Shown here: positions 19,601 through 28,145 of the stretch, one piece after another | Numbering within the stretch: position 1 is the first letter of the stretch | How the letters are laid out: every line of letters begins with the position of its first letter | NCBI GenBank assembly: GCA_942492815.1 | Contig: OW818658.1 | Span: forward strand, 5,402,198 to 5,466,197 | DNA length: 64,000 nucleotides | Direction: 5' to 3' | Origin: Candidatus Hydrogenedentales bacterium | GTDB lineage: Bacteria; Hydrogenedentota; Hydrogenedentia; Hydrogenedentales; JAEUWI01 | Notes under the pieces: model-generated | Told to the model about the DNA's origin: nothing | What the model saw: the letters and a program-made list of their open reading frames with translations, nothing else | Database searches by the model: none | Translations under genes and position numbers: made by a program

Positions 19601-19934
19601 CGGTTTCCGTCGCGGTGTCGATTTCCTCGCCCAGCGTCACCGTCAGCGAGACGGTATAAACACCAATGTCTTCGTAGGTATGGGAGGGGGACTGGCTTGT
19701 GCTGGTGCTGCCGTCGCCGAAGTCCCAGAGCCAGCTTTCCGGGGTGCCGCCGCTGGAAGTCGTGGACGCGTCGGTGAATTGAACCAGCAGCGGTGCGGGA
19801 CCGGTCGCTGGGGAGGCCGTAAACGCCGCACTTGGAACGTCGGGCTCCGGCGGCGTACATGCCGTAGAGAGCAGGCCAATGGCGGCAATGATCGCGACCG
19901 AGCAAAGGAGGGGCAAACCGAAAAGCGACTTCAT
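13692..19934 (-). CDS. Giant surface lipoprotein: PKD, Ig-like/invasin-like and carboxypeptidase-regulatory-like domains, internal alpha/beta-hydrolase-like module, C-terminal FG-GAP/VCBS repeats (2080 aa)
   Basis: Lipobox LSTAC after MKSLFG (start moved from 19997). PKD motif SWLWDFGDG..STSQSPSHTY. Many DxNxDxxxD / LGNGDGTF repeats. GHSLG at 17274-17288. Confidence 0.85.
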   Translation of the reverse strand: MKSLFGLPLLCSVAIIAAIGLLSTACTPPEPDVPSAAFTASPATGPAPLLVQFTDASTTSSGGTPESWLWDFGDGSTSTSQSPSHTYEDIGVYTVSLTVTLGEEIDTATETDLIEVRDPDAPPSTPANLVFPLTPLTGTAATISGSADPNTTIHVIVTTNMTFTTVADESGAFSVDVTLLAGQRNRLSVIAENALGLRSAPAPVEITQDAQAPMVAIDFPEDGAELTNESVQVAGRISDVLSGFLGLEVQVNGGVAEVFPGIGTNGSFERQAVPLALGANVITATGVDAAGNSTTATVTVTRVAATGPRMTIVSGNDQSGEIRAELANPVVVKVANEDGSPFAGKTVNFHVTRSDGRLATASGADTGEMTLQTRTDSEGLATVFWTLGSDAGQGNNRISVTSEDIAGTTFFCASALAGPPAQINIMMGNDQRAETGAPAPERLIAWVSDGGNSVGGVPVTFRVVSGDGGFEPDGTPEITIDTDITGNARTYFTAGETPGKNIIEANFEGNTGLPATFTIEGVQRTEGQPTTFSGVVLDNASSPVGGVEVDISVNGVFLEPAITDEEGRFLFTGIPDGPARGRFDGRTATTLGGEPITGGGFPRLPFETTIIANAANTLPRPVFLPQLDPANEVQYDGTQDVELRVVGVEGLKMVVKAGSMTNSDGTIPSPSNPATLSLTQVHYDDVPMALPGGVATQFAWTLQPSQARFDPPVEITYPNMSGLPAGAAAYFLSFEHGTNAFEIAASGRVSDDASEIVSDPGSGLYVAGWGGNCPPYAVTGVVRNCFEVAVAFLEGGPRCPQAFPGLCPEEWSAGDFSAAFGPLADSLREIEPYRVTAKVFPAANSAASQLFAVNQWLDRLTEEARENVPGSAECPRPFLILVGHSLGGDTVRLSGDLNPDVAIIADGISRDLVLQDFPGVPFYQRDQVLPGVGGVINFVTPDGLTDVERANCSNIGVDNFGDIECLRGFRVEGDSVIEVPGTDHKSIIESTAFQDRVRQEVVVALDLPTPPKQGDDPPVLLDSRYTLFANGQAFRVDDDGLFVIPNITAPDQFGTGGPGSRPDFVADDVISVVGVANIDGQMKYATSGSFRVLNNGVAIVNSFTLSDTPPLFPKKLDLDAAASVLQPEATTQLAATAIQFDDTENDVTPVAAGTTYRVSSTDFITVDEAGVLTALQNGVAVVTASNQGVTSAKRVTIASDTISTTIEGFVRDAEGNPVAGVVVTTTAFGGTATTDANGFFTLVLTLPSTTNFVTLVTTVGEDELDSGLIPVVADGITDAGILAPRLVLFSTTVSGTVQREDESPVEGAAVFTSLGGQGLTNASGAFSFVLQGNVPSGGLPLLDVTARLTTEETTLSGQVTGLTIVPDGVTNAGAITIQETIALLYPGARFPYGGTAQDIATGDINGDDLPDIVVVTNDSLNNVTTAALVSILNRGDGTFNSPNSIAIGALPADVTLKDMNDDTNLDAVFAGFIDDSVFIALGNGDGTFGEPVGFAATAESTGDLAIGDINNDDVPDVVASSSNSGFMNFFLGNGDGTLQAPTTLQIPGNNVLDLGLARANSDDNLDLYVLNRGLSKFEIRLGNGDATFQDPISYDTVFAPDHLVLADFNGDDSLDVAFTGQEAPLGVLLGAADGTFGAQVTYPITGSARCLTAGDLDGNGSIDLATANSVINSGAINVFFNDGDGGFADSRLVGSSRFSPCITNLDADGDAIPDLLPITGSGYGEIVVLRGLGGGEFDTQLIVQTGDFGNRSLNATHMDGDDHLDLVTVRTSDGQVLVLPGNGDATFASPIASPLATGINDLVVGRVNNDTLPDAISAHASPGRIGILLGSGEGAFEAPTFITSGDRVASVALGDFDRDGATDVAAVPSPSNGVAILLGIGDGTFQNSFDVSGGSSPQVVRVANINGDNNPDLVTADAGGGARVYLGNGDGSFQAPSSAGNGQYAIAVGDVNGDGDPDVIGTNFNDSTIYVSLGRGDGSFNSSVPFEIPNRPYDASYSHLFIADVNLDSTPDILFTEEPGIEAVGILVGDGTGFFSGMSSYNLADPFTSGIVTGDFNEDGLPDIAAGNSGASNISILLHR

Positions 19935-20083
19935 CCTGTGGATCTCCCGTGATGTTGAAGCACCATAATACAATATGAGGCGAGTTCTGGGAAGCACGTT
20001 CTTCTGAAGGCCGAAGTCTGCGCGTGGGCGCTCGCTTCCGGTGGGTGTGTGTTGCCCGTCCTATCGTGCGCGCCGGAAAACAG

Positions 20084-20114
20084 AAAAGGGCCCGCGCGGA
20101 TTGCGCGGGCCCTT
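20084..20114 (-). terminator. Rho-independent terminator
   Basis: Stem AAGGGCCCGCGC/GCGCGGGCCCTT with an A-run on the left, downstream of the minus-strand gene ending at 20140. Confidence 0.75.
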
Positions 20115-20139
20115 AGCTTGTGTGCCGTTTTGTACCAAT

Positions 20140-22632
20140 CTACTCCGGGGCTTTGTCCAGATACTGGACGGTATAGCCGTAGTCGAAGCTTTCGCCGCTT
20201 TTCAGCTCCTGGGAGCGGGTGTAGAGCTCCAGATTGATCTGGGAGCGGTTGGGGCGCCAGTAGAGGTCGAGGCGCTCGATCTCGTCGCGGTTGTAGGTCT
20301 GGACGACGCCGTAGCCCGCTTCGCGGTTGAAGAAGGCGATCTTGTTTCCGGGTGCCTTGCGGAGGGTTTCCTCGTTGGGTCCGCCGCCGAATTTGTCATC
20401 TTCGACGAGGGCTTTCCATCCGTCGTATTCTACGTAGCCGGTGACGGCCTTTTCGTTGGCCGCGGTGGTGTTGGTGTCGTATTCCGGGTGAATCCAGACC
20501 TGGTAGTTGGCGGGTTCGGCGCCGTGGTGGGTGAGGGTGGTGTGGAAGCGCACCCGGCCCGGATCGGCGGGATCGAAATCGATGCGGCGCACGACGGTGA
20601 GGCGGTCGCCGAGCTTGCCGGTCAGGGTGACTCCGTTGTCGATCACCTCGGCGCTGAAGTCCAGCAGGTCCTTATCGGTGAATCCGGCGACGCCCCATTC
20701 TTCCATGGCGCGATGGCGCGTGAACATGCGGCCGCGCGGGAAGACCATGTCGCGGCCGGTGGGCTTGTAGATCATGGAGGCGAGCTTGCCGTTCTGGGTG
20801 GGCAGCACGGTGATCTGCCAGACGTCATTTTCAATGCGCGTGGCGGGGAAGCCTCCGCTCATGCTTTTCAGGCTGGTGTAATACTCTTCGGCGGTCTGGG
20901 TTTCCCGGGCCATGGTGAGGCCGGCCTTGCGCCCGAGGGCGATGTAAGTTTGGACGAGGTTTTCGTAGCCTTTGGGAAGGTCGAGGTAGCACGTGCCGTT
21001 TTCATAGTGGGTGCCGCCGCTGGTTTCAACGAGGCCCTTCCAGGCGCAGAGGCTGGCCTTCTCCACGCGGTCCTTCGTGACTTGATCGGGGGCGAGTTCG
21101 AGGGCCTGCTGGAAGAAGGCGACGGCCTTGATGGCGAAGTCGCGGTCGAGGCCGACTTCTATGGCGGTGGGGAAGCAGTCCGGGTGGAGCTTCAGGGATT
21201 CCGCCCGGTCGTGGAAGTCTTTGAGGTATTCCAGGATGGGTCCGGCGGCGGGGCCGTAGTGGAGCTTGCAGAATTCCTCGACGCGCGGCCAGCCGCCCTC
21301 CTGGGGATTCCAGATGGTGTGGCTGATGACGTAGTTGCGGAGGTCGCTCATTTCGCCGCCGAGGCAGTTGCCGGAAGCCTGCATGAAGAGGCCGTGGACA
21401 TTATTATCCAGGAAGTATTTTACATTGGGCTCTATGCTGCGGAGGTTGGGGAAGGGGAGGTCATAGCTGGCGAAGTTGGTGTTGTAGTTCCAGACCCAGA
21501 TGTCCTCGGAGATGGCCTTCCAGTTGGCGAGGTCGTCGCAGAACTCCTTATTCTTCGCGCACGCGGGGTCGTTGATGGCGTGGAGGGTGCAGCATTCGAT
21601 GCTGCATAACTGGATCTGGACATTGTGGCGCGGGCGGATGGTTTTCGGGGCCTTGCGCGTGTGCCAGTAGGCGAGGGTGCCGATCTTCGTGTTGGGGAAT
21701 TTTGGCTCGACCCGCTCCGCCACGGCGTTGACGAAGGCGAGGTAGGTGCCCATGGGCGTGCCTTCGCGCTGGTTGATGGCCTCGCAGTCCGCGCAGCGGC
21801 AGTAGGCGTCGTTGTCATTCTGGCTGACGCTGATGTTGCGCAGGTGGGGGCTCTTCTCGAGATCGGCCAGGACCGACGCGGTCACGACATCGAGCACATC
21901 GGGGTTGGTGAGGCAGAGTTCGGGGCCGCCGCCGTGCATTTCGAGCTTGCGTTCGCCGCCGACGAGGGCGAAATACTCGGGGTGCTCCTTGCCGTAGGTT
22001 TCGGACGGGCAGTGGTGGTAGAAGGAGTGGCTGATGAGATTCTGGGGCGTGACACCGCCGAACTTTTCGTCGGTCGCCACGGTGTTGACGCGCATGCGCG
22101 TGGCAAAGGCGGGGTTGTAGTTGTTCTCGCCGTAGTAGCTCCAGCGGAAGGCAAAGGGCGGCGTATAGCGGTATTCGCCATTCTTCAGTTCGCGGGTGGC
22201 GGCGTCTTCTGGGAACCAGGTGTGGTCCGTGGTGAGGAAACGGGCGCCGATGTAGCGTTCGAAGAACTCGTAGACGCCGTAGAGGGTGCCGCGCGGCTGG
22301 CCACCGGTGATGACAAGGGCGTTTGGGGCGACCCGGATCCGGAGACCCTCTTCGCCGAGATCATTGTTGTTCACGCCCGCCTGGCTCGCCATGCCGGGGC
22401 CGATAACAATGTAGTTCTTGCCGGTCTCGCCAACATTGCTGATGGGGAGGGTGACGCCGCTGCAAGTCTGCCAGAGCGTCTGGAATTCCTGGGCGGCGAA
22501 TTGATCGCTGGGGATGGCGTCGGGCGCGACAAGGATGCTCCATTGGGAGAGATCCTTTGCGGGGAGTGCGAAGGCGGCGAAGGACGCGGCCAGCGCGATG
22601 CAGGTGCTTAGCAGGCGTGTGGTGGTGGACAT
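20140..22632 (-). CDS. DUF4838 domain secreted protein (830 aa)
   Basis: Signal peptide. Motifs RGTLYGVYEFFE and HSF...HPEYFAL...LCLTNP. Paralogue of 328-2574. Confidence 0.8.
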   Translation of the reverse strand: MSTTTRLLSTCIALAASFAAFALPAKDLSQWSILVAPDAIPSDQFAAQEFQTLWQTCSGVTLPISNVGETGKNYIVIGPGMASQAGVNNNDLGEEGLRIRVAPNALVITGGQPRGTLYGVYEFFERYIGARFLTTDHTWFPEDAATRELKNGEYRYTPPFAFRWSYYGENNYNPAFATRMRVNTVATDEKFGGVTPQNLISHSFYHHCPSETYGKEHPEYFALVGGERKLEMHGGGPELCLTNPDVLDVVTASVLADLEKSPHLRNISVSQNDNDAYCRCADCEAINQREGTPMGTYLAFVNAVAERVEPKFPNTKIGTLAYWHTRKAPKTIRPRHNVQIQLCSIECCTLHAINDPACAKNKEFCDDLANWKAISEDIWVWNYNTNFASYDLPFPNLRSIEPNVKYFLDNNVHGLFMQASGNCLGGEMSDLRNYVISHTIWNPQEGGWPRVEEFCKLHYGPAAGPILEYLKDFHDRAESLKLHPDCFPTAIEVGLDRDFAIKAVAFFQQALELAPDQVTKDRVEKASLCAWKGLVETSGGTHYENGTCYLDLPKGYENLVQTYIALGRKAGLTMARETQTAEEYYTSLKSMSGGFPATRIENDVWQITVLPTQNGKLASMIYKPTGRDMVFPRGRMFTRHRAMEEWGVAGFTDKDLLDFSAEVIDNGVTLTGKLGDRLTVVRRIDFDPADPGRVRFHTTLTHHGAEPANYQVWIHPEYDTNTTAANEKAVTGYVEYDGWKALVEDDKFGGGPNEETLRKAPGNKIAFFNREAGYGVVQTYNRDEIERLDLYWRPNRSQINLELYTRSQELKSGESFDYGYTVQYLDKAPE

Positions 22633-22918
22633 GGGAAATGGGCTCCTTTAGATGGTTACCCCCGAATATTGCTCTCGAAGAATGGTAGCGCATGGGCACG
22701 GGGGATCACAAAAGAGAGTGAAGAGATTTGACCACGGAAAGGCACGGAATTTCACGGAAGGGAGATACAACAGGGACGACGGGGCATTTCTTTCCTGCTC
22801 TCTCTGTTGTCTCTGCTGTCCCTGCAACCATGTGATACGTTGGCAATGCGCGCGCGGGGCGGTGTAATGTCTGGGGAAAATTCAGTCACCGAAAGTTCGA
22901 TTGCGAAGGAGATTTGTC

Positions 22919-23278
22919 GTGCCGATTAAAGTGTATGCCTATAAGAATTGTGATACCTGCCGAAAGGCGGTAAAGTGGCTGGGCAAACAGGGCGTGGCCT
23001 TCAAGGAAATGCCCATTCGCGAGACGCCACCGACGGTTGCGGAGCTGAAGAAAATGCTGAAGGCGATGGGGGGAGATGTGCGGAAGCTGTTCAACACCTC
23101 GGGCGTGGATTACAAGGCGCTGAACCTGAAAGACAAGCTGCCGGGAATGAGCGAGGCGGAGGCGCTGGCGTTGCTGGCATCGAATGGGAATCTGGTGAAG
23201 CGACCCTTCGTGATGGGGGATGGCGTGGCTACGGTGGGATTTAAGGAGGAGACGTGGGTGGACATTTTTGGGAAATAG
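22919..23278 (+). CDS. ArsC/Spx family thioredoxin-fold protein
   Basis: GTG start after AAGGAGA. Motifs CDTCRKA and NGNLVKRPF. Confidence 0.85.
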   Translation: MPIKVYAYKNCDTCRKAVKWLGKQGVAFKEMPIRETPPTVAELKKMLKAMGGDVRKLFNTSGVDYKALNLKDKLPGMSEAEALALLASNGNLVKRPFVMGDGVATVGFKEETWVDIFGK

Positions 23279-23309
23279 AGAATTTTGAATAGTGAATGTT
23301 GGGCCCTGC

Positions 23310-23612
23310 GGGTGCCACCCTCAAAGGGAGGAGCGAAGCGGGGGAACTTTGTGGGTGACGGGACTTACACCTGGCAAAGCCCGCTCAACATGCATCCATG
23401 ACTTACTACAGCATGAAGCCCGAGCCCGGCGGTTTCATTTACGCCCTCCGCCCAAAGCGGTCGCGACCTCTGGTGGGGTGGGTTCAGAAGCATAGCACTT
23501 GGAAAGTTGCTGTAGGTCAGTTTTCACTGGCCTTGAGGTGGATTCTGCTCGTGTGAAGTCTCATCACCCACAAGCTCCCGCAGCGAAGCTGCCCCGCTTG
23601 AGGGTGGCACCC
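23310..23612. repeat. 303-bp element with about 60-bp imperfect inverted arms (GGGTGCCACCCTCAA termini)
   Basis: 23310-23370 vs reverse complement of 23551-23612. The terminal 15 bp are perfect. Confidence 0.75.
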
Positions 23613-23640
23613 ATGGTTCCCTTTTTTCGCGTCAGTCCCC

Positions 23641-25143
23641 TCAGGCCAGCCCGTAGAGGTGTAGGTATTTCTTTTCGAGGTACTTCATGAAGGGCTCGGC
23701 GGAGGGGGCCTTGCCGGTGACGTGGGTGATGAGTTCGGCGGCAGTCATGCGGCGGCCGACCTGGTGGATGTTGGTCCGGAGCCAGGCGAGGAGGGGGGCG
23801 AAGCGTCCGGCTTCGATGTCGCTCCACAGCTCAGGCAGCGCTACCTCGATGGCTTCGAGGAACTGGGTGCCGTAGAGATTGCCCAAAGCGTAGGTGGGGA
23901 AGTAGCCGATGCTGCCGTGGGACCAGTGGATGTCCTGGAGGCAGCCCATGGCGTCGCTGGGCACGTCGAGGCCGAGGTACTGCTTCACTTTCGCATTCCA
24001 CGCCTCGGGTACCTCGGAAACCTTCATCTGGCCTTCGATCAGGGCGCGCTCGATCTCGTAGCGCAGGATCACGTGGAGGTTGTAGGTGCATTCGTCGGCC
24101 TCGACCCGGATGAAGCTGGGCTGGACGCGGTTGACGGCGCGGTAGAGGTCTTCCGGCGTTTTGCCGTCGAGCTGGCCGGGGTAGGCCTTGATCAGGCGGG
24201 CGGTCTGGCGCTTCCAGAAGGGGAGGCTCTGACCGACGATGTTTTCCCACGTCAACGACTGGGATTCGTGGATGCCGAGGGATATGGCCTGGCCCAGGGG
24301 CGTGCGGCGGTCGCTCTCGCGAAGGCCCTGCTCGTAGAGGGCGTGGCCCCCTTCGTGCATCGAACCCATGAGGCCGGAGAATAGGTCGCGCGGATTGATC
24401 CGCGTGGTGATGCGCACGTCGGTAATGTCGAAATTGGTGCTGAAGGGGTGGACCGATTTGTCCTGGCGTCCGGCATCGAAGTCGTAGCCCATTTCCTTGA
24501 GGATCTTGACGCTGAGCTTCCACTGGGCGTCGGGATTCCACTCCTGATCCAGCCAGGCGAGATCGGGCTGATTCGGCGCGTTGGCGATGCGCTCCACCAG
24601 CGCGCTCTGGCGCGGTGCGAGATCGCCGAAGAGCCCAGCGAGGTAGTCGGCGGTCATGCCGCGTTCGTACTCGTCCAGCAGCGCATCGTAGGGCGAATTT
24701 TCATAGCCGAGGTGTTCGGCCTTTTCCAGCATGAGATCGACCATGCCTTGGAGGTGGGGCTGAAAATCGGCGAAGCACGAAGCCTCGCGAGCCTTCACCC
24801 AGGCTTCGTAGGCGCGGCTCTGGGCAATGGCGAGCTTCTGAACAAAGGCCTCGGGAAGTTTCGTGGCCACGGTGTAGTCGTGGAGCCCCTCCGAAACCAT
24901 CTTGGCATCATCCCCCGTCAGGGTGTCGCCCTCGTGGAGATCGCGGAGCAGGCCGCCGATTTCGGGCGACGTAAAGAGGCGATGGGCGAGTCCGGAGAGT
25001 GTGGCGAGTTGTTGTCCGCGACCCGGCGCGGCCTTGGGCGGCATCATAACTTCCTGATCCCAGTGGAGGAGGGAGATGGCGCTGTGGATATCGCTGACTT
25101 CGCCCAAGCGGGCCTTGAGGGTTTCCAACTTCTCCGAGGACAT
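23641..25143 (-). CDS. Carboxypeptidase Taq (peptidase family M32)
   Basis: Motifs HPF, HEGGHALYEQ, IHESQS, IRVEADE, GCLQDIHW, YFPTYALG. Confidence 0.95.
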   Translation of the reverse strand: MSSEKLETLKARLGEVSDIHSAISLLHWDQEVMMPPKAAPGRGQQLATLSGLAHRLFTSPEIGGLLRDLHEGDTLTGDDAKMVSEGLHDYTVATKLPEAFVQKLAIAQSRAYEAWVKAREASCFADFQPHLQGMVDLMLEKAEHLGYENSPYDALLDEYERGMTADYLAGLFGDLAPRQSALVERIANAPNQPDLAWLDQEWNPDAQWKLSVKILKEMGYDFDAGRQDKSVHPFSTNFDITDVRITTRINPRDLFSGLMGSMHEGGHALYEQGLRESDRRTPLGQAISLGIHESQSLTWENIVGQSLPFWKRQTARLIKAYPGQLDGKTPEDLYRAVNRVQPSFIRVEADECTYNLHVILRYEIERALIEGQMKVSEVPEAWNAKVKQYLGLDVPSDAMGCLQDIHWSHGSIGYFPTYALGNLYGTQFLEAIEVALPELWSDIEAGRFAPLLAWLRTNIHQVGRRMTAAELITHVTGKAPSAEPFMKYLEKKYLHLYGLA

Positions 25144-25472
25144 GGGGAGGCTCCTGATGTTATTGGGATTCTGCTATACTGCGCCGTCGATCGTAAATGG
25201 CGATCCTAGCATCTGGCGGCTTCGGGCCGCCAGCCGATAAAGAACGCGCGCCGCCCGGGCGCGCTGGAGCAGTACATGCAGATTTTGCTGGTGGTCTATT
25301 TGCTGGTGCGGGATACGCTTTTCTTCGTGTTGAATTTTGTTACCGAGGGGATATCGGCGCTGAGCCTGCTGCTGGGCAGCCTGCTGTAGGGGGCACAGGG
25401 GCCATGGGTCCTATGGGTCATGTGATGTTTGAAACCACAAAGTCATAAGTCCCATACGACCCATTTTTTGCC

Positions 25473-26297
25473 CTACACGTGTTTCAGGTACGCATTTTTG
25501 ATCCGCTTGAGCAGGCGCTCCTGATCCATCGCCCAGAGGTCGTCGGAGAAGATCTCCACCTCGATGAAGCCCTTGAAGCCCGCTTTCTCCACCCAGCCTC
25601 GAATCTCATTGATGCGGATGCAGCCGTCCCCCATCATGGCGCGATCGGTAAGCAGATTGCGCGTGGGCACGCGCCAGTCGCACACGTGGAACGCGAAGAT
25701 GGTGCCCGTGGCGCGCTCGATCTCGGCCTTGAGGAAGTGGTCCCACCAGACGTGGTACACATCGACGGCCAGGCCCACCTGCTCGCTGCCAAGCATGAGG
25801 ATCATGTTGTTGGCCTGGTCCATGGTGCTGACGGCGGAGCGATCGGCGGCGTACATGGGGTGGAGGGGCTCGATGGCGAGGCGCACGCCGGCGGCCTTGG
25901 CGTGGGGCACGATGGCGTGGATGCCTTCGGCGATTTGCTGGCGCTGGGTCTGAAGATCGAGATCGGGGATCGCCCCGCAGACCAACACCACGAGGGGCGC
26001 GCCGATCTCGGCGGCCTCGTCGATGATTTTCCGGTTGTCCGTCCGGGCCTGCTCGCGCGCCATGCCGGCGGTCGCGGGGAAGAAACCGCCCCGGCAGAGG
26101 CTGACCACATCCAGCCCGGAATCGCGCAGCATTTTCCCGGCTTCCTTCGCGCCGTAGGGCTCGATGTGATCGCGCCACACGGTGATGCCCTTCACACCGG
26201 CGGCCTCATAGGCCGGGAGGGCCTCCTTGAGGGAGAGGGGCTTCGTGGTCATGGTGTGAACGCAGAGGCGCGAGGTGTCGGTAAGCTGGTCGGGCAT
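25473..26297 (-). CDS. Sugar phosphate isomerase/epimerase (xylose-isomerase-like TIM barrel)
   Basis: Motifs LAIEPLHP, AVDVYHVWW, FHVCDW, MMGDGCI, IEVEIFS. Confidence 0.85.
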   Translation of the reverse strand: MPDQLTDTSRLCVHTMTTKPLSLKEALPAYEAAGVKGITVWRDHIEPYGAKEAGKMLRDSGLDVVSLCRGGFFPATAGMAREQARTDNRKIIDEAAEIGAPLVVLVCGAIPDLDLQTQRQQIAEGIHAIVPHAKAAGVRLAIEPLHPMYAADRSAVSTMDQANNMILMLGSEQVGLAVDVYHVWWDHFLKAEIERATGTIFAFHVCDWRVPTRNLLTDRAMMGDGCIRINEIRGWVEKAGFKGFIEVEIFSDDLWAMDQERLLKRIKNAYLKHV

Positions 26298-26381
26298 GAG
26301 AATTCCTTTGCGGGATAGGATATGCAATGTGAACGGGCGTGATTATAGCAGGTGGCGACCGTTTGCATCATACCGGTAGTG

Positions 26382-26795
26382 TCAGGCTTCTCCGAAGGCA
26401 GCCTTCACAGAGGGGCGGGACAGTACGATGATTGTGAGGATGCCCAGAATGGTGCCCAGAGGAGTGTTGGTGCAGGAAATGCAGGCGACGACAAAGCTGA
26501 AGGTATAGCCCGTGCGCCGATTGAGGTGCTTTCCGGTAATGACCATGCAGATCGACAACGCTTCGCTGATCGCAATGACCAGGAGCCCCACGGCCACGAA
26601 GATCCAGCCCGACGCTGGGGGCGCATCGAATTCAATGGCGCCAGAGACAATACCGATGCCCACGGCGACCGGGATCAGGAAAAAGAGGCCGAGCAACGCA
26701 TTCAATCCGCCAACAATGTAGTAGGCCAGGGCCAGGCTATTGAGCTGGCTGATGTCCTCGTTGGTGAGTTGCGGCGTGTCGATTTTGTTTTGCAT
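26382..26795 (-). CDS. Small integral membrane protein
   Basis: 3-4 hydrophobic helices. C-terminal PLGTILGILTIIVLSRPSVKAAF. Confidence 0.7.
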   Translation of the reverse strand: MQNKIDTPQLTNEDISQLNSLALAYYIVGGLNALLGLFFLIPVAVGIGIVSGAIEFDAPPASGWIFVAVGLLVIAISEALSICMVITGKHLNRRTGYTFSFVVACISCTNTPLGTILGILTIIVLSRPSVKAAFGEA

Positions 26796-26835
26796 GGATT
26801 GCTCCCCTTGGTTTGAGAAAATGTTCATAAGCGGA

Positions 26836-27516
26836 CTATCCGGCGGGATAGCGTTCCGCGATGGTTTTGTTGTGCAGTAGATTGCGTCGCATCCAATACC
26901 ACCAAGTGCTTCGGATCTGCCAAAAGGGCAACGAGCGTATATATTTCACCTGGCTGCGAACAGACTCTGCAATGAGCCGATCCGCCGACTTGGCGAGGTG
27001 GATCGGTGAAAGGTGTCTGGAATTGCGAAGATGCTCAAGGCCCTGATTGTGACGTTGAAACAGATCATCAAGTTGAAGGCGGTTGAAAGCCTGCACGTAC
27101 CGCTGGGGTGCGGTTGGCAGCATCATGGCCAACTTCGTGTTGGATGTGGTCAGATCCGAGTCCTCGCCCAATGTCGTGACAAATTCCGTGTATGTTAGCG
27201 CCGGGGCTTTGACGTTGCACAGAAAGTCATGCCCACTCTGACTTCTCCAAACAGCGAATACCGTAGCCTTGCCACCTAACTCGCACCGGAAATGGATCAG
27301 CATTTCCGGCGAGAATTCATGATCTTGCGCCCAGTGCCGCACCGCATCATAATGGCCCCCCGCAGACATGACCGCAGGACCATTTTCCACGACCTCTATG
27401 AGTTTCTCGGGTTCCGAGAGCCTGCGCAGAGTGAGGATTATCAGCGGATTAACGACAACGAACATGATGCCAAAATACATGGCGGCAAATATCAGCAAGC
27501 CATAGACCAAAGCCAA
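26836..27516 (-). CDS. Hypothetical protein with an N-terminal membrane anchor
   Basis: 226-aa ORF co-oriented with its neighbours. Visibly more AT-rich. Confidence 0.6.
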   Translation of the reverse strand: MALVYGLLIFAAMYFGIMFVVVNPLIILTLRRLSEPEKLIEVVENGPAVMSAGGHYDAVRHWAQDHEFSPEMLIHFRCELGGKATVFAVWRSQSGHDFLCNVKAPALTYTEFVTTLGEDSDLTTSNTKLAMMLPTAPQRYVQAFNRLQLDDLFQRHNQGLEHLRNSRHLSPIHLAKSADRLIAESVRSQVKYIRSLPFWQIRSTWWYWMRRNLLHNKTIAERYPAG

Positions 27517-27564
27517 ATGTTTACCCTCCAGTTGTAGCGCCGAGTATTGGCCGTCCGATGGAGG

Positions 27565-27972
27565 TCAACCTGCCGAGCTCAGCCGCGCGATGAGCGCTTC
27601 CACGGTGGCCTTCCAGAAGGGGAAATCCGCCTCGTTCTCCGCCCAGAGTTCGCGCAATTCGGAATTGGTGCCCAGGGCGGCGCGGACGTGGGCCAGGGCG
27701 GCTTCGCGGTAGGGTCGCGCATCCAACCCGCGGTGCTCGGCGATCCAGCGCGCCACGTCGACGGGCAGGTCGCTGGCGGGGTGACCCAGAAGTGCGGCCA
27801 CGACTTCGGCGGCGGCCAGGGCCTCGCAGGCCTCGGGGGCTTCCAGGTACTCGCCGTTGCAGGGCGCGCGGAGCACCCGCTCCACTGGGCCCAGCCCGGA
27901 ACCTTCACCCAGATCGAAGACCCAGTCCAAGGCATCGTCGTTTTCAAAGGTGCCGGTGCCCCAGCTTCCCAT
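27565..27972 (-). CDS. DUF4259 family protein
   Basis: N-terminal MGSWGTGTFENDDALDW and C-terminal SELRELW motifs. Confidence 0.85.
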   Translation of the reverse strand: MGSWGTGTFENDDALDWVFDLGEGSGLGPVERVLRAPCNGEYLEAPEACEALAAAEVVAALLGHPASDLPVDVARWIAEHRGLDARPYREAALAHVRAALGTNSELRELWAENEADFPFWKATVEALIARLSSAG

Positions 27973-28145
27973 GGTTCTCTCCTTGCTTGCCATCCAACAG
28001 CGCTGCGATCCTAGCGCCGTGGGCGGGGCAAAGGCAAGCGGTCGTTGGCCGGTCCAAACAGGATATTGTCATGGGTCCCCGCAGGTTGTAGACTAAAGGG
28101 GAGTCTGGAAATTTCACCCCGCAGTGTATTGTGAGAGCATCAGTC

